A DNA stretch of 64,000 bases, from NCBI GenBank assembly GCA_964409615.1, contig CAYPDT010000001.1:435880-499879 (forward strand), read 5' to 3'. The notes beneath the pieces were generated by a model, which had not been told where the DNA came from, did no database searches, and worked only from the letters and a program-made list of their open reading frames with translations. Position 1 is the first letter of the stretch; the number at the start of each line of letters is the position of its first letter. Origin of the DNA: an uncultured Candidatus Saccharibacteria bacterium. Its GTDB lineage: Bacteria > Patescibacteriota > Saccharimonadia > Saccharimonadales > AWTP1-31. A program made the translations under genes and the position numbers. Of this stretch, positions 42,967 to 52,091 are shown in pieces.

Positions 42967-43842
42967 TTAGAGACCGAGAGTAGTATCGCTTAAGTCAGCT
43001 TCTTGGAAGTCTTTGGTGTCGTCGATTTTCTTTAGCGAAGCATCAATGTCATCACTAGCCTTTTGAACATCGTCAGCCGTTGCAGGGTTTTTGGTTTTTT
43101 GTGTCACTGCAGGTGTATTCTTTTTAGCGGTATCAGCTTTGGTCTTGTTATTCTGCCAATAGGCGTAGCCAGCACCGGCGATTAATGCCAATGATATTAG
43201 CACGGCAACAAGGATAGCTCCGAGGTGACCTTTGTGTCGAGGCGCACTTGTTATAGGTGCCGTCACTACAGAACCCTCTGATTTTTCAGTTTCTGCTGCT
43301 GGTTTTTCTTCTGGTTTAGCTACTGCTTCTGATTCAGAGGTCTGAGGCTCATTATCTTCAGTTAGGTTATCCTCAGTATTTGCCGAAATTTCTGGCGCTG
43401 TTCCACTCATAATTGGAGCGGTGTTTTGCTGAGGGTCTTGCGGTGGGTTAATTGAATCGTCTTGTGCCGTCTCGGTGATTTGTGTCGCAGGTTCGGGTGA
43501 TACCTCTGGTGGTGAACTCGGTTCGTCTGCACTAGTCTCTGTGCTAAAACTTGCCTGACTAGGCTCATCGGCAACTGGCATGTCACTAGACGTTGAAATT
43601 TCTGGCGCTGTATCATTAACTGAATTTTCAGATGGTAGTGGCGCATCAAGTTGGTCTAGAGACACTGGGCTAGAATTTACCGATGGGGGTGCCATAGAAC
43701 TACTGCTCGTACTTGTCTGGCTTACAAAGCCATCAACAGAGCGACCACCCGATAGTGGGGCTCGATCGATAGGCCGCCGCGTGACCGGGATACTAACATG
43801 ACCCGAAGGAGTTGGAGTAATCGGCTTAGTAATGTCGTCCAT
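42967..43842 (-). CDS. Ser/Pro/Glu-rich membrane-anchored hypothetical protein (291 aa)
   Basis: Low-complexity acidic N-terminal region, one TM helix (AILVAVLISLALIAGAGYAYW), and a short C-terminal tail. Confidence 0.55.
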   Translation of the reverse strand: MDDITKPITPTPSGHVSIPVTRRPIDRAPLSGGRSVDGFVSQTSTSSSSMAPPSVNSSPVSLDQLDAPLPSENSVNDTAPEISTSSDMPVADEPSQASFSTETSADEPSSPPEVSPEPATQITETAQDDSINPPQDPQQNTAPIMSGTAPEISANTEDNLTEDNEPQTSESEAVAKPEEKPAAETEKSEGSVVTAPITSAPRHKGHLGAILVAVLISLALIAGAGYAYWQNNKTKADTAKKNTPAVTQKTKNPATADDVQKASDDIDASLKKIDDTKDFQEADLSDTTLGL

Positions 43843-43843
43843 C

Positions 43844-44491
43844 TTACTGTGCTGCTTTCTTAGTTGTGTCTGTGGCTTTAGCTAGAGATGCTTGAGCAGT
43901 CTTTAGGCTAGGCTTTAGGGTGTCTTGTAGATAGGTACGAATTGCCATGACGTCTTTGTTGACACTTGTACGTTGCCCACGAGCAGCCTCAAGCGTTGCT
44001 TTAAAGCCCACGGGGTCGGTTGTGCAATCTTGCTCGTTTAAATCGGCGAGAATAGATTTATAGTTAGTGACGTCTGTGCTATAGGTTTTGATGAGTTCAG
44101 CTACTTTTGTTTGCTGTTCGGTTAGCTTAGTAGTATCAACATTCGCGTCGTTGAGTTGGCCAACAATCTTTTCGACAGTCGTGGTAATGTCACCGTAGAC
44201 AGTTGTACGATTTGTGCTACTAGTACCAACCGTTACGGTAAGCGCTTTTGTAATAGTCTGAGCAGCTTTGCATTTGCCCTTTAATACTGTCTGCTGGGCG
44301 GCCGTTAGCTGCACAGGGTTTTTAGTCTTGTAATCTTCCACTCGTTGAGCAAGCGTTTTTGTAGATTGCTTTGTAGCATCATTTGTCGCTGCAGGAGTAG
44401 CGGCAGGCGTGGCGGCCGAAACTGCTGGCACATATAGTGCCAAGGATAAAACCACACCCAGAGCCATCACCATTCGGTTAAGTTTTTTCAT
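43844..44491 (-). CDS. Secreted helical hypothetical protein (215 aa)
   Basis: Signal peptide (MVMALGVVLSLALYVPAVSA) followed by a Thr/Lys/Ala-rich helical region with two Cys residues. Confidence 0.6.
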   Translation of the reverse strand: MKKLNRMVMALGVVLSLALYVPAVSAATPAATPAATNDATKQSTKTLAQRVEDYKTKNPVQLTAAQQTVLKGKCKAAQTITKALTVTVGTSSTNRTTVYGDITTTVEKIVGQLNDANVDTTKLTEQQTKVAELIKTYSTDVTNYKSILADLNEQDCTTDPVGFKATLEAARGQRTSVNKDVMAIRTYLQDTLKPSLKTAQASLAKATDTTKKAAQ

Positions 44492-44560
44492 AGTTACCTT
44501 TATTTTACCACAAGCGTTTTATTGTGCTATATTCATGCCTCCGCCCACCATGCAACTGTC

Positions 44561-45379
44561 TTAAATAGTAGCCAGCCGGTAGACATTTGCATTGCAGTCA
44601 ATCAGACCTTCTCGCTCTAAATCATCCAGCACTGTACCGAGGCGGGAGTCTGCAATGGCGACAGACAACTGCTCAAGACTCTGGCTGTCGCCGGTAAGCA
44701 AACGCAAGACTTGCCCACGAATTTGCCGCTTAGAACCTTCAAATTTTGACTGTTTTGCATAATGCTTACTACTTCGTGAAACATTGCCAATAGTAGCTTT
44801 GAGATAACTACCGTAATCCATCAAGGCCCAATACCATTCACGAGGATTATGTTGGTCGAGAGTGTCTGCAATCAAAGGCAACAGTTCTTTATCATAAATG
44901 TCATCACGGTCGGCAAAAAAATGATGGATGAACACTGTTCGGATATTAGTCTCTACGAATACAACTGGTTTATTAAAGGCGTAAGCCAGGATTGCCCCAG
45001 CGGTATTAACCCCCACTCCAGGTAGGCCGACTAACGACTTTTGGTCTGATGGAAAGACACCATTATACTGCTGTACCACGGTTTGTGCGGCTTGCCATAA
45101 AAACTTAGCCCTCCGGTTATAACCAAGCCCTTGCCAAGCTCGTAGCACATCTGCCAATGACGCCTCTGCTAGGCTTGCAACAGTTGGGAATAATGCTAAA
45201 AACTCTTGGTATTTGTGGATTACCCGCTGGACTTGTGTTTGCTGTAGCATTATTTCACTAACTAAAATTAGGTAGGGGTCAAACGCGTCACTTTGGGTAG
45301 AATGACGCCACGGTAAATCACGACCATAATCGTGATAATACGTCCAGACCGTATCTGTAAAGTTAGTGTATTGTTGCAC
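44561..45379 (-). CDS. HhH-GPD DNA glycosylase, MutY/A-G-specific adenine glycosylase-like, without Fe-S cysteines (272 aa)
   Basis: LPWR...DPYLILVSEIMLQQTQV..V...Y..F...FPT, GLGYNRRA and LPGVGVNTAGAILAYAF are MutY N-terminal and HhH-GPD motifs. The whole protein has only one Cys. Confidence 0.75.
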   Translation of the reverse strand: MQQYTNFTDTVWTYYHDYGRDLPWRHSTQSDAFDPYLILVSEIMLQQTQVQRVIHKYQEFLALFPTVASLAEASLADVLRAWQGLGYNRRAKFLWQAAQTVVQQYNGVFPSDQKSLVGLPGVGVNTAGAILAYAFNKPVVFVETNIRTVFIHHFFADRDDIYDKELLPLIADTLDQHNPREWYWALMDYGSYLKATIGNVSRSSKHYAKQSKFEGSKRQIRGQVLRLLTGDSQSLEQLSVAIADSRLGTVLDDLEREGLIDCNANVYRLATI

Positions 45380-45430
45380 AGCCTTATGCTACCAGACAGG
45401 AGTCAACATGCATACGTTCAAGATAATAAG

Positions 45431-45724
45431 CTACGATTTACGCTTAGCAATCTGTGTCATACCAAAGGCAAGCAGTGCAAAGCCAGGTAACACCCTAACC
45501 GCACTAACAATACTCACGTAGTACCAACCGCCACCAGAGCCAAGCTCGGTAAATGCATCACTTACATCAGCATATGCCCAGTACAACACCCCTATAGCGC
45601 CAATTATAAAAGGTATATAGGTCAACCAGCCCTCCCTGCTGTTAGGTAAATAGCTGCCTCTAACTTTTATGAACCACTTTCGTTTTTTTAGTACTTTTGC
45701 TTTGTGAGTCTTTTTTTGTGCCAT
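45431..45724 (-). CDS. Small membrane protein (97 aa)
   Basis: Basic N-terminus with two or three TM helices. Overlaps the end of the upstream gene by 65 nt, so the start is uncertain. Confidence 0.4.
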   Translation of the reverse strand: MAQKKTHKAKVLKKRKWFIKVRGSYLPNSREGWLTYIPFIIGAIGVLYWAYADVSDAFTELGSGGGWYYVSIVSAVRVLPGFALLAFGMTQIAKRKS

Positions 45725-47081
45725 ATGTATTTAGCCCTTCATATATCATTATACAAATTACCATTCCAAAACCCAGGTACAACAGCCACTCCCCACTGTA
45801 GACATAGGGAGTTTTTACCGTGTTCGTCTTGGCCTCTACTAGTAGAGTACTGCGTCCTTTAACTTCAGCTGTTTGCTTACCATTTATGTCTATGCTGTAG
45901 GCACTGGCGGCGTTGGCAGATTGCAAAAAATATCGAGCATTAGCGACCGCCATAAAGCGAGCCAAGCTCTTTTGTTGCCATGCGAACAAGGGCGAGCCCT
46001 TAAAAATAGATAGCGAGGCAGAATTGGTGAACACAGTAGCCCCGCTGCGTGCAAAAGTACGGTAATCTTGAGGTGCAATAATGCTTGAGCAAACAGCAGC
46101 AGCCACTGAGACCTTGTCACGAATATAAAAGGGCTGTAGTTGATTCTTGCCTTTAAGCACCGACTTAGCGTAGCTAAAGTAATTCAGTGTCTTGGTTTGC
46201 CCTGTTAATCGTAATCCAAAACGCACAATATATGCCAAATCTTCGCCGCCAGGTATCAATCGATGCTTGGGTTGCTTAGTAACAATACCGTCTTGGGTAT
46301 TACCAAACAGCAAGTTGTTAATATGGCCAATAACTGGGGGTCTATAGTACTGCTCTGAACCAACAAAATAAGTCTTGGGTTGTTTTTGATTAGTCCGACG
46401 AATGCGCTCTGTAAGATTCTTGTTTGTTATTTTTTCAAGCCCATATTCAGGGAACACAACCAGCTCACTACCTCTCGGTTCAATTGGAGGTACGCGGTCT
46501 TTTAGGGTTTCACTTATTAGGGTGACTGGTAGACTTACCCCACTCGGATTACGGTAAAATAGCCAACCGCACAACGCCAAAAAAGCGCAAACCATCAAGG
46601 GAACCACCGATAACCACTTTTTTTTATGAGTCAGCAAAAAGTAGGTCAGCCAAAAGAAAGTAGCCAAGCCGTAAAAGCCTACCAAACGAGCCGCAAAGCG
46701 AAGTGGTGTGTTTGCTAAAAGCAGTGCCGGAGACCCCATAGGCAAAACATTATCTACACTTCCTTGCGGCCCCAACCACAGAATAGTTGTCAGCCAACAA
46801 GCCAAGAAATCTGCCACCGCTAACAGCGGAAGCCCTAGAGGAATTACCCACTGCTCTCCGTATTTATCTGCAATCTGTTGCAGTAACCGAAAGAATTTCC
46901 ACATCACCGATGAAGTAATTGCAACGTTTATTCCAAACACAACCACGGCCAAAATGTAGCCTTGTAGTTTTGAACCAGCCAAGTCGAGCATATCAGTAAA
47001 AAATACCCACGACCATGCCACCCCAAACCAAACGACCAACCCCATAAGAGCTGGTCGTTTATGTAGCGTCGCTAGTTTCAT
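45660..47081 (-). CDS. lnt: Apolipoprotein N-acyltransferase-like (polytopic N-terminal domain plus CN-hydrolase domain, 473 aa)
   Basis: About 6 N-terminal TM helices. The C-terminal domain has ELVVFPEYG (Glu), KHRLIPGGEDL (Lys) and AAVCSSII (Cys), resembling the Lnt E-K-C triad context. Confidence 0.55.
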   Translation of the reverse strand: MKLATLHKRPALMGLVVWFGVAWSWVFFTDMLDLAGSKLQGYILAVVVFGINVAITSSVMWKFFRLLQQIADKYGEQWVIPLGLPLLAVADFLACWLTTILWLGPQGSVDNVLPMGSPALLLANTPLRFAARLVGFYGLATFFWLTYFLLTHKKKWLSVVPLMVCAFLALCGWLFYRNPSGVSLPVTLISETLKDRVPPIEPRGSELVVFPEYGLEKITNKNLTERIRRTNQKQPKTYFVGSEQYYRPPVIGHINNLLFGNTQDGIVTKQPKHRLIPGGEDLAYIVRFGLRLTGQTKTLNYFSYAKSVLKGKNQLQPFYIRDKVSVAAAVCSSIIAPQDYRTFARSGATVFTNSASLSIFKGSPLFAWQQKSLARFMAVANARYFLQSANAASAYSIDINGKQTAEVKGRSTLLVEAKTNTVKTPYVYSGEWLLYLGFGMVICIMIYEGLNTYGTKKDSQSKSTKKTKVVHKS

Positions 47082-47084
47082 TAA

Positions 47085-47783
47085 CTACTTTGTAGGTGCT
47101 GGGGTGCTAGTCGAGCTGGTAGAAGCCGGTGCAGTACTCGTTGAGCTAGTCGAGCCATAGTTTGCAACTTCTCGAATAATAATGTTGCTAACATCGATGG
47201 ATGAACCAGCCGCCCCTACTGCAACTCGACCAAGAAACATAGTATTGGCATTCGAGTAAGAGACAGCTAGGGTACCCGTGCAATAGGTCGCAAATGACGA
47301 TGAGTTTATTGTGGATCTCTGAGTCGCTGATGAGCCAATCTGGCCTGGTAGAAAGGAGGACAGTAGCCATAAATTAAGCTCTCCCTTACCTCTTGCCGTA
47401 GCGCAAATTTGAAAGTTCTTGCCAACCATTGTTGCATCTATGGGTGTAGCTTTTGGCATAATAAAAGCTGCATTTGGGGTATAGGAATCTGCAACACCCG
47501 GGGCACTACATTTTAAGTTAAACCCAGGATTTGGATTTTTTTGATCACCAAGTTCAATTTTAGTCGTTTTACAAGGCGAAGCTGTGGGCGTCTCACCAAT
47601 GGCAATTGTGTTGGCGGCTGCTGTGTACGTCCAGGTGGCAACCGCAGCAAAACTCTTATAAACAATTATCCCGCCACCGATGATAGCAAAAGCTAATACC
47701 GAAACAATCAGGCGCCCTTTAGGAGTGTTTAAGTCTAGCTTTTTTAAAGCATTATTTTTATTAGTCTTTTTGGGTGCAGGCAT
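47085..47783 (-). CDS. Membrane-anchored/secreted hypothetical protein with Ser/Thr-rich tail (232 aa)
   Basis: N-terminal TM helix (LIVSVLAFAIIGGGIIVY), a Cys-containing ectodomain, and a C-terminal STSSTSTAPASTSSTSTP tail. Confidence 0.55.
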   Translation of the reverse strand: MPAPKKTNKNNALKKLDLNTPKGRLIVSVLAFAIIGGGIIVYKSFAAVATWTYTAAANTIAIGETPTASPCKTTKIELGDQKNPNPGFNLKCSAPGVADSYTPNAAFIMPKATPIDATMVGKNFQICATARGKGELNLWLLSSFLPGQIGSSATQRSTINSSSFATYCTGTLAVSYSNANTMFLGRVAVGAAGSSIDVSNIIIREVANYGSTSSTSTAPASTSSTSTPAPTK

Positions 47784-47819
47784 GATATTCCTTATGGTTA
47801 GTTGACTATAGAGTATTGC

Positions 47820-49028
47820 TTAAACTGCTGCAGTGTCAAGTCGCTTACGATTTTTTGAATACAGCACTACCAATAGGCAGACCCAAAGGGTCATTTCCAT
47901 TTGAATATTGATATTATTTACTAACAAGAATAAGACAATAAACAAAAGTATCTTTTGTGCCACGCCTACTGGACTATAATTCAGTTTTGTAGCTCGTAAA
48001 GCCAGCACTATAAGCCAAAAGAATACGCCAAAAATTATTACACCCCGCTCTACAAGTATGTCGACAAAATAATTGTGGCTACTCTCGAATCGAATACCAT
48101 CACGGGTGTCTTCGGCGAGTAACGGATAAGCTGGACCGTTGGCATGGATATTACTTTCTATAGAGCCGCTACCACCACCGAGCAGCAGTTTGATTTTGTC
48201 TTTTGGTACACTCGCCTGGATAAGATTCAACCGGTATTCTGCACTCTCCACAAGATACGGCACATTGTATAGCCTGCCGAAGTAACCCCGCATAATTACA
48301 GCCAGCACAATCAACCCTAGGCTCAGTGCAGCAAGTAATTTAAGGTAACGCTTGCAGTAACTCCAAAACATCCAAACCATAATCGCGGCAAGCAGTATAA
48401 GCGCACTTCTAGTCTGCGTGAGCAATAAACAAATAGATAGAAAGCCGATACCACCAACAACATGCCAACTGCGATTGATTCGATTTTTATACAGCCACAT
48501 ACCGATGATAATGCCAATAGCAAACACACAAGCAGCGTAAATAACCTGGGAGTCTAAAAAGCCCAAACGCATTGTTGCCTTGGTGTTGGCGACCCAAAAT
48601 ATAAAGTTGACCACTGCCCATGCAACGGTTCCATAAAAGACACCGGTAAGCGTTTTTCGTAAATCAAGCGATAGTACAAATAGGGCAATAGCAATGCTGG
48701 CTAACAATGACAGGATACTAGGATGAACTAAAGGGTGCCCAAAAAGAGCACTTTGGGTATTCGAGGTTGCCAAAAGTAATACAACCGAAAGCAATCCAAA
48801 CGGTCCAACCACTTGTTTAACCAGTTTGTCCTGAAGAATATCTCGGGCATATAGCCACACGTAGGTAATAGCCAGCGCGCCGGCAAAACCAATAAAACAA
48901 CGCCTGAGCCAAAAGGCCATATATAAATTTGTAGTCCAGAAGAACATACTCAAAAACACACTCAGTGTAGTCGAAAAGCGAAGTAAACTTTGGGATGTAC
49001 TTTCTTGCGACATTTTTGTCTTAGACAT
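47820..49028 (-). CDS. O-antigen ligase/Wzy_C-like polytopic membrane protein (402 aa)
   Basis: About 10 TM helices. LLLTQTRSALILL and SSHNYFVDILVERGVIIFG fit the Wzy_C pattern (HN.Y...L.E.G..G). Confidence 0.6.
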   Translation of the reverse strand: MSKTKMSQESTSQSLLRFSTTLSVFLSMFFWTTNLYMAFWLRRCFIGFAGALAITYVWLYARDILQDKLVKQVVGPFGLLSVVLLLATSNTQSALFGHPLVHPSILSLLASIAIALFVLSLDLRKTLTGVFYGTVAWAVVNFIFWVANTKATMRLGFLDSQVIYAACVFAIGIIIGMWLYKNRINRSWHVVGGIGFLSICLLLTQTRSALILLAAIMVWMFWSYCKRYLKLLAALSLGLIVLAVIMRGYFGRLYNVPYLVESAEYRLNLIQASVPKDKIKLLLGGGSGSIESNIHANGPAYPLLAEDTRDGIRFESSHNYFVDILVERGVIIFGVFFWLIVLALRATKLNYSPVGVAQKILLFIVLFLLVNNINIQMEMTLWVCLLVVLYSKNRKRLDTAAV

Positions 49029-49044
49029 TGTTATAGTTATACCA
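49029..49044. promoter_or_regulatory. Back-to-back overlapping extended -10 elements (TGtTATAGT on +; TGgTATAAC on -) in the 15 bp between divergent ATGs 49028 and 49044
   Basis: + element at 49029-49037 (6 nt to ATG 49044). - element at 49036-49044 (7 nt to ATG 49028). Confidence 0.5.
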
Positions 49045-51353
49045 TGCCTCGCCTTCGTTTACTTGTGGCTTCTAGATTGTTGAAATCCCCGAACTATCTA
49101 CGCCTATTTCTTTGTACTCCTCTGTTATTCTTGCCAGGGTTACCTGCCTCTAGCGGTCGGGTTCAGGCATTAATTTCACTGGCAATTCTGATAGGTGGTG
49201 GGATTATGTCCCTCCAGTTCAAGCACTATGCCAACATGTCAGCCATATTAAAAATAATCATTAGTATTTTCGTAGCATCAGTTATTGCAACCATCGCCGC
49301 ACGGCTTATAATCCACAAGCCATTGTACTTTTTAGGACTTGACCCAGACTATATGGGGCTATTTGCTTGGCTCGGAATTTTAGCGGCAGGCATATTTTGG
49401 GCCCCGTACTACAAGCTACTACTCGATGCTCGGTCTCGTGTTATCTGGCTAGGGCTCCTCGTAGTCTGTTGCCTGATAGGAATTCCGGCTATCATTTCGA
49501 ACACCCCTCTAATGGGTGTATTTTTGAGACCGGCTACAGTGGCTTTGATTGGTAATCTACTTCTAATAAGTTGTTTATTTGATAGCAAAAAAGTCTGGTG
49601 GCCTGGGGTCCTAATTAGCACCGGAGTAATTCTAGTGACCCAGGATACACTTGGAATACTATGCTTAATTACCCTGTTGTTATGTGGAATTTACTGGCAT
49701 CGCCACACGCCAAAAAAACAGGCAATTTTGGGTGGTGTGCTTGTTGGATGTACATCTTTAGTAATGCTATTGCCGGGTTATTTCTGGAGTTTTGGACAAG
49801 CCAAACTGAGCAGAAGTACTCACGAAACAGCAACACTATATAGCCAATCATGGCAGAATTTTAGCGTACATCAACTGTTCTATAACATTGGCCCAGGCAC
49901 CCTCACCACCGACACTAACAATCAAAATCCAGTACCGGCCAGTATTGTTCATGACTTACGATTACCGGGTATCGCCTTTGGTAGGCACGGCCTTCTGTAT
50001 GATTCTTTTATCTTTTTCGGTGGCATCTCTGCCCTTTGTATTGTCGTTGGTATATTACTTGGATACCGTCGATGGCTGCGGGGAGACATCGAGCCAAAAT
50101 ATATGTTGCTGTACAGCGTATTACTAACATACACCCTACTTTTTCCACCCAATATTTTTTGTACTAGCCTCTTTTTTATTGTGCAATTTGGCATCCTATT
50201 ACCCAAGACGACAGCATTACACTGGCATAGATTTCGAGCACGTAGGCTAATGCTGCTACTCGCCATTTTATGTAGCAGCCTCGTGTTTCTTTTTCTTACC
50301 AAACTCTTCACCGCAGAAAAACTACCAGCAGCGACCAGCCCTGCCGTAACGCAAAAACTTAATGCCGCCACCCAAAAAGTATTAGAGGAATCTATTCGTA
50401 AGCATCTAGTGTTTTCTGCCTCACCACGCGGAAGCGCTGTTTTATTAGATGCAGATACTGGTATGGTCCTAGGCTTAAGCGATGTTATCTCGGAAAAACG
50501 CAGTGCCTGCAAAGATACATTGTCTTGTCGTAACCCACAACTAAATGCTGCATTACAAGCCTGGGAACCAGGCTCAGTCATGAAGCCTTTGTTGGTTGCA
50601 GCAAGCTTAGAATCTGGTGTCACTCAGCTGAACGATACGTTTTTTGATCCACCGTATCGCAAAATAGATGATTTTGCTGTGTACGATGCCCAGCCGCACG
50701 AGCCAGAAACCATGCGGATTCAGGATGTCTTGAATAGGTCACGCAACACCGGTGCTATTCATGTGTTTGAACAGTTCAAGAAAGTCGGTGAGCCCGCTGA
50801 TATCTGGCGAACATACCTCACCAAGAATTATATGTTCGGTCAACCAACCGGAATTGATGCCAGTGAAGCGTCGGGTACCATCCCAAATGGGCTCGGCAGC
50901 CGAGAGCTTAACCGCCAGTTTACTATGAGCTCCTACGGTATAGGTGTTACCGTGACACCTATACAGTTAGCTGCAGCTTACGCCAGCTTAGTTAATGGCG
51001 GAATATACCGTCAGCCGCACCTTCCAAACGACAATACTTACACTTCATTTCGTAATCTTTCACCCGAGACAAGTAAAAAAATGCTGGCATCACTCAAAGA
51101 AGTGTATACCAAGAACAAAGTAGTCGACCTTGATGCTAATTTGACACTTGGAGGTAAAACAGGAACAGCACCGGCTTACGATGGTGGTCAATCGTATAAG
51201 CCAGCTGTCGATATTGGTGTGTATGCTGGTTTTATACAAAAGAACAACAAAACCTACATCCTGGTTGTCAAAATTGATGAGCCAAAAACAAAAGAGTTTG
51301 CCAGCTACGCTGCACGAGACACCTGGACTGACATAGTATCAAAATTATATTAG
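49044..51353 (+). CDS. Polytopic membrane domain fused to a class-B penicillin-binding-protein transpeptidase domain (769 aa from ATG 49044)
   Basis: About 430 aa with at least 10 TM helices. Then the transpeptidase motifs SxxK (GSVMKPL), SxN (NRSRNTGA) and KTG (GGKTGTA). No recognisable PBP pedestal/dimer domain. TGtTATAGT lies 6 nt upstream of ATG 49044. Confidence 0.75.
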   Translation: MPRLRLLVASRLLKSPNYLRLFLCTPLLFLPGLPASSGRVQALISLAILIGGGIMSLQFKHYANMSAILKIIISIFVASVIATIAARLIIHKPLYFLGLDPDYMGLFAWLGILAAGIFWAPYYKLLLDARSRVIWLGLLVVCCLIGIPAIISNTPLMGVFLRPATVALIGNLLLISCLFDSKKVWWPGVLISTGVILVTQDTLGILCLITLLLCGIYWHRHTPKKQAILGGVLVGCTSLVMLLPGYFWSFGQAKLSRSTHETATLYSQSWQNFSVHQLFYNIGPGTLTTDTNNQNPVPASIVHDLRLPGIAFGRHGLLYDSFIFFGGISALCIVVGILLGYRRWLRGDIEPKYMLLYSVLLTYTLLFPPNIFCTSLFFIVQFGILLPKTTALHWHRFRARRLMLLLAILCSSLVFLFLTKLFTAEKLPAATSPAVTQKLNAATQKVLEESIRKHLVFSASPRGSAVLLDADTGMVLGLSDVISEKRSACKDTLSCRNPQLNAALQAWEPGSVMKPLLVAASLESGVTQLNDTFFDPPYRKIDDFAVYDAQPHEPETMRIQDVLNRSRNTGAIHVFEQFKKVGEPADIWRTYLTKNYMFGQPTGIDASEASGTIPNGLGSRELNRQFTMSSYGIGVTVTPIQLAAAYASLVNGGIYRQPHLPNDNTYTSFRNLSPETSKKMLASLKEVYTKNKVVDLDANLTLGGKTGTAPAYDGGQSYKPAVDIGVYAGFIQKNNKTYILVVKIDEPKTKEFASYAARDTWTDIVSKLY

Positions 51354-52039
51354 TTTAAGGTGTAGCTAGTGATTTTCCAGATGTTATCAACTAGCTGTAA
51401 ATTACCAATTCCCTTGTAGTTTTTACCGCTCATAACAGCGCTAAAGTTAACCGCACCAGTACTACCGCTCGTAGCCGACCAGCTTGCTTCGTCTACCTGC
51501 ACGGTACTGCCGGCGGGCACCTTTGAGGTGTCAGCAGTTACATACTTATTGTTTTTTAGGCCGTCTTTCTCGATAGAAGTAATCGCCGTACAAACTCCCT
51601 CTGGCATACCGCTGACTCCACAAGGTGCCGTTGGGTTAGTGCTTGTGTTTGTATTGGTATTAGTATCGTTTGCAGAACTCGTCGTATTAGAATCAGAGGA
51701 CGACTGTTGATTAGTTGAGGTTTTTTCTGTAGTTGTGGCGGTAGAGTTATTCGACGAGGTTGTTGCTTGACTAGTATTGGTGCTGTTCGGCGATTGAGAG
51801 GATGCAGTCTGATTAGTCTTAGTTAGGTAATAGGTCATACCGCTATAGCCCAGCAACACCGCCAGAGCGATACCAAGAATCAGAGCTAACACCTTGGTTA
51901 TACGAGAGTGGAAGATAGGCCCCATGCTCACTCGCTTCACTGTTGGTTTGGCTTGAAAAACCGGTGCCGGCTCGGGCGCCTGTTCTTCAATCTTCTTTGG
52001 AGGAGCGCTCAAGTCGAGCGGGTTAAAGTCAGTAATCAT
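51350..52039 (-). CDS. Membrane-anchored Ser/Thr/Asn-rich hypothetical protein (229 aa)
   Basis: One TM helix (VLALILGIALAVLLGYSGMTYY), a low-complexity S/T/N linker, and a ~90-aa C-terminal domain. Confidence 0.55.
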   Translation of the reverse strand: MITDFNPLDLSAPPKKIEEQAPEPAPVFQAKPTVKRVSMGPIFHSRITKVLALILGIALAVLLGYSGMTYYLTKTNQTASSQSPNSTNTSQATTSSNNSTATTTEKTSTNQQSSSDSNTTSSANDTNTNTNTSTNPTAPCGVSGMPEGVCTAITSIEKDGLKNNKYVTADTSKVPAGSTVQVDEASWSATSGSTGAVNFSAVMSGKNYKGIGNLQLVDNIWKITSYTLN

Positions 52040-52091
52040 ACATAAGCATTATGACGGATAGAGTTGTTTATCGCCAGCCCGTCTGGCACAT

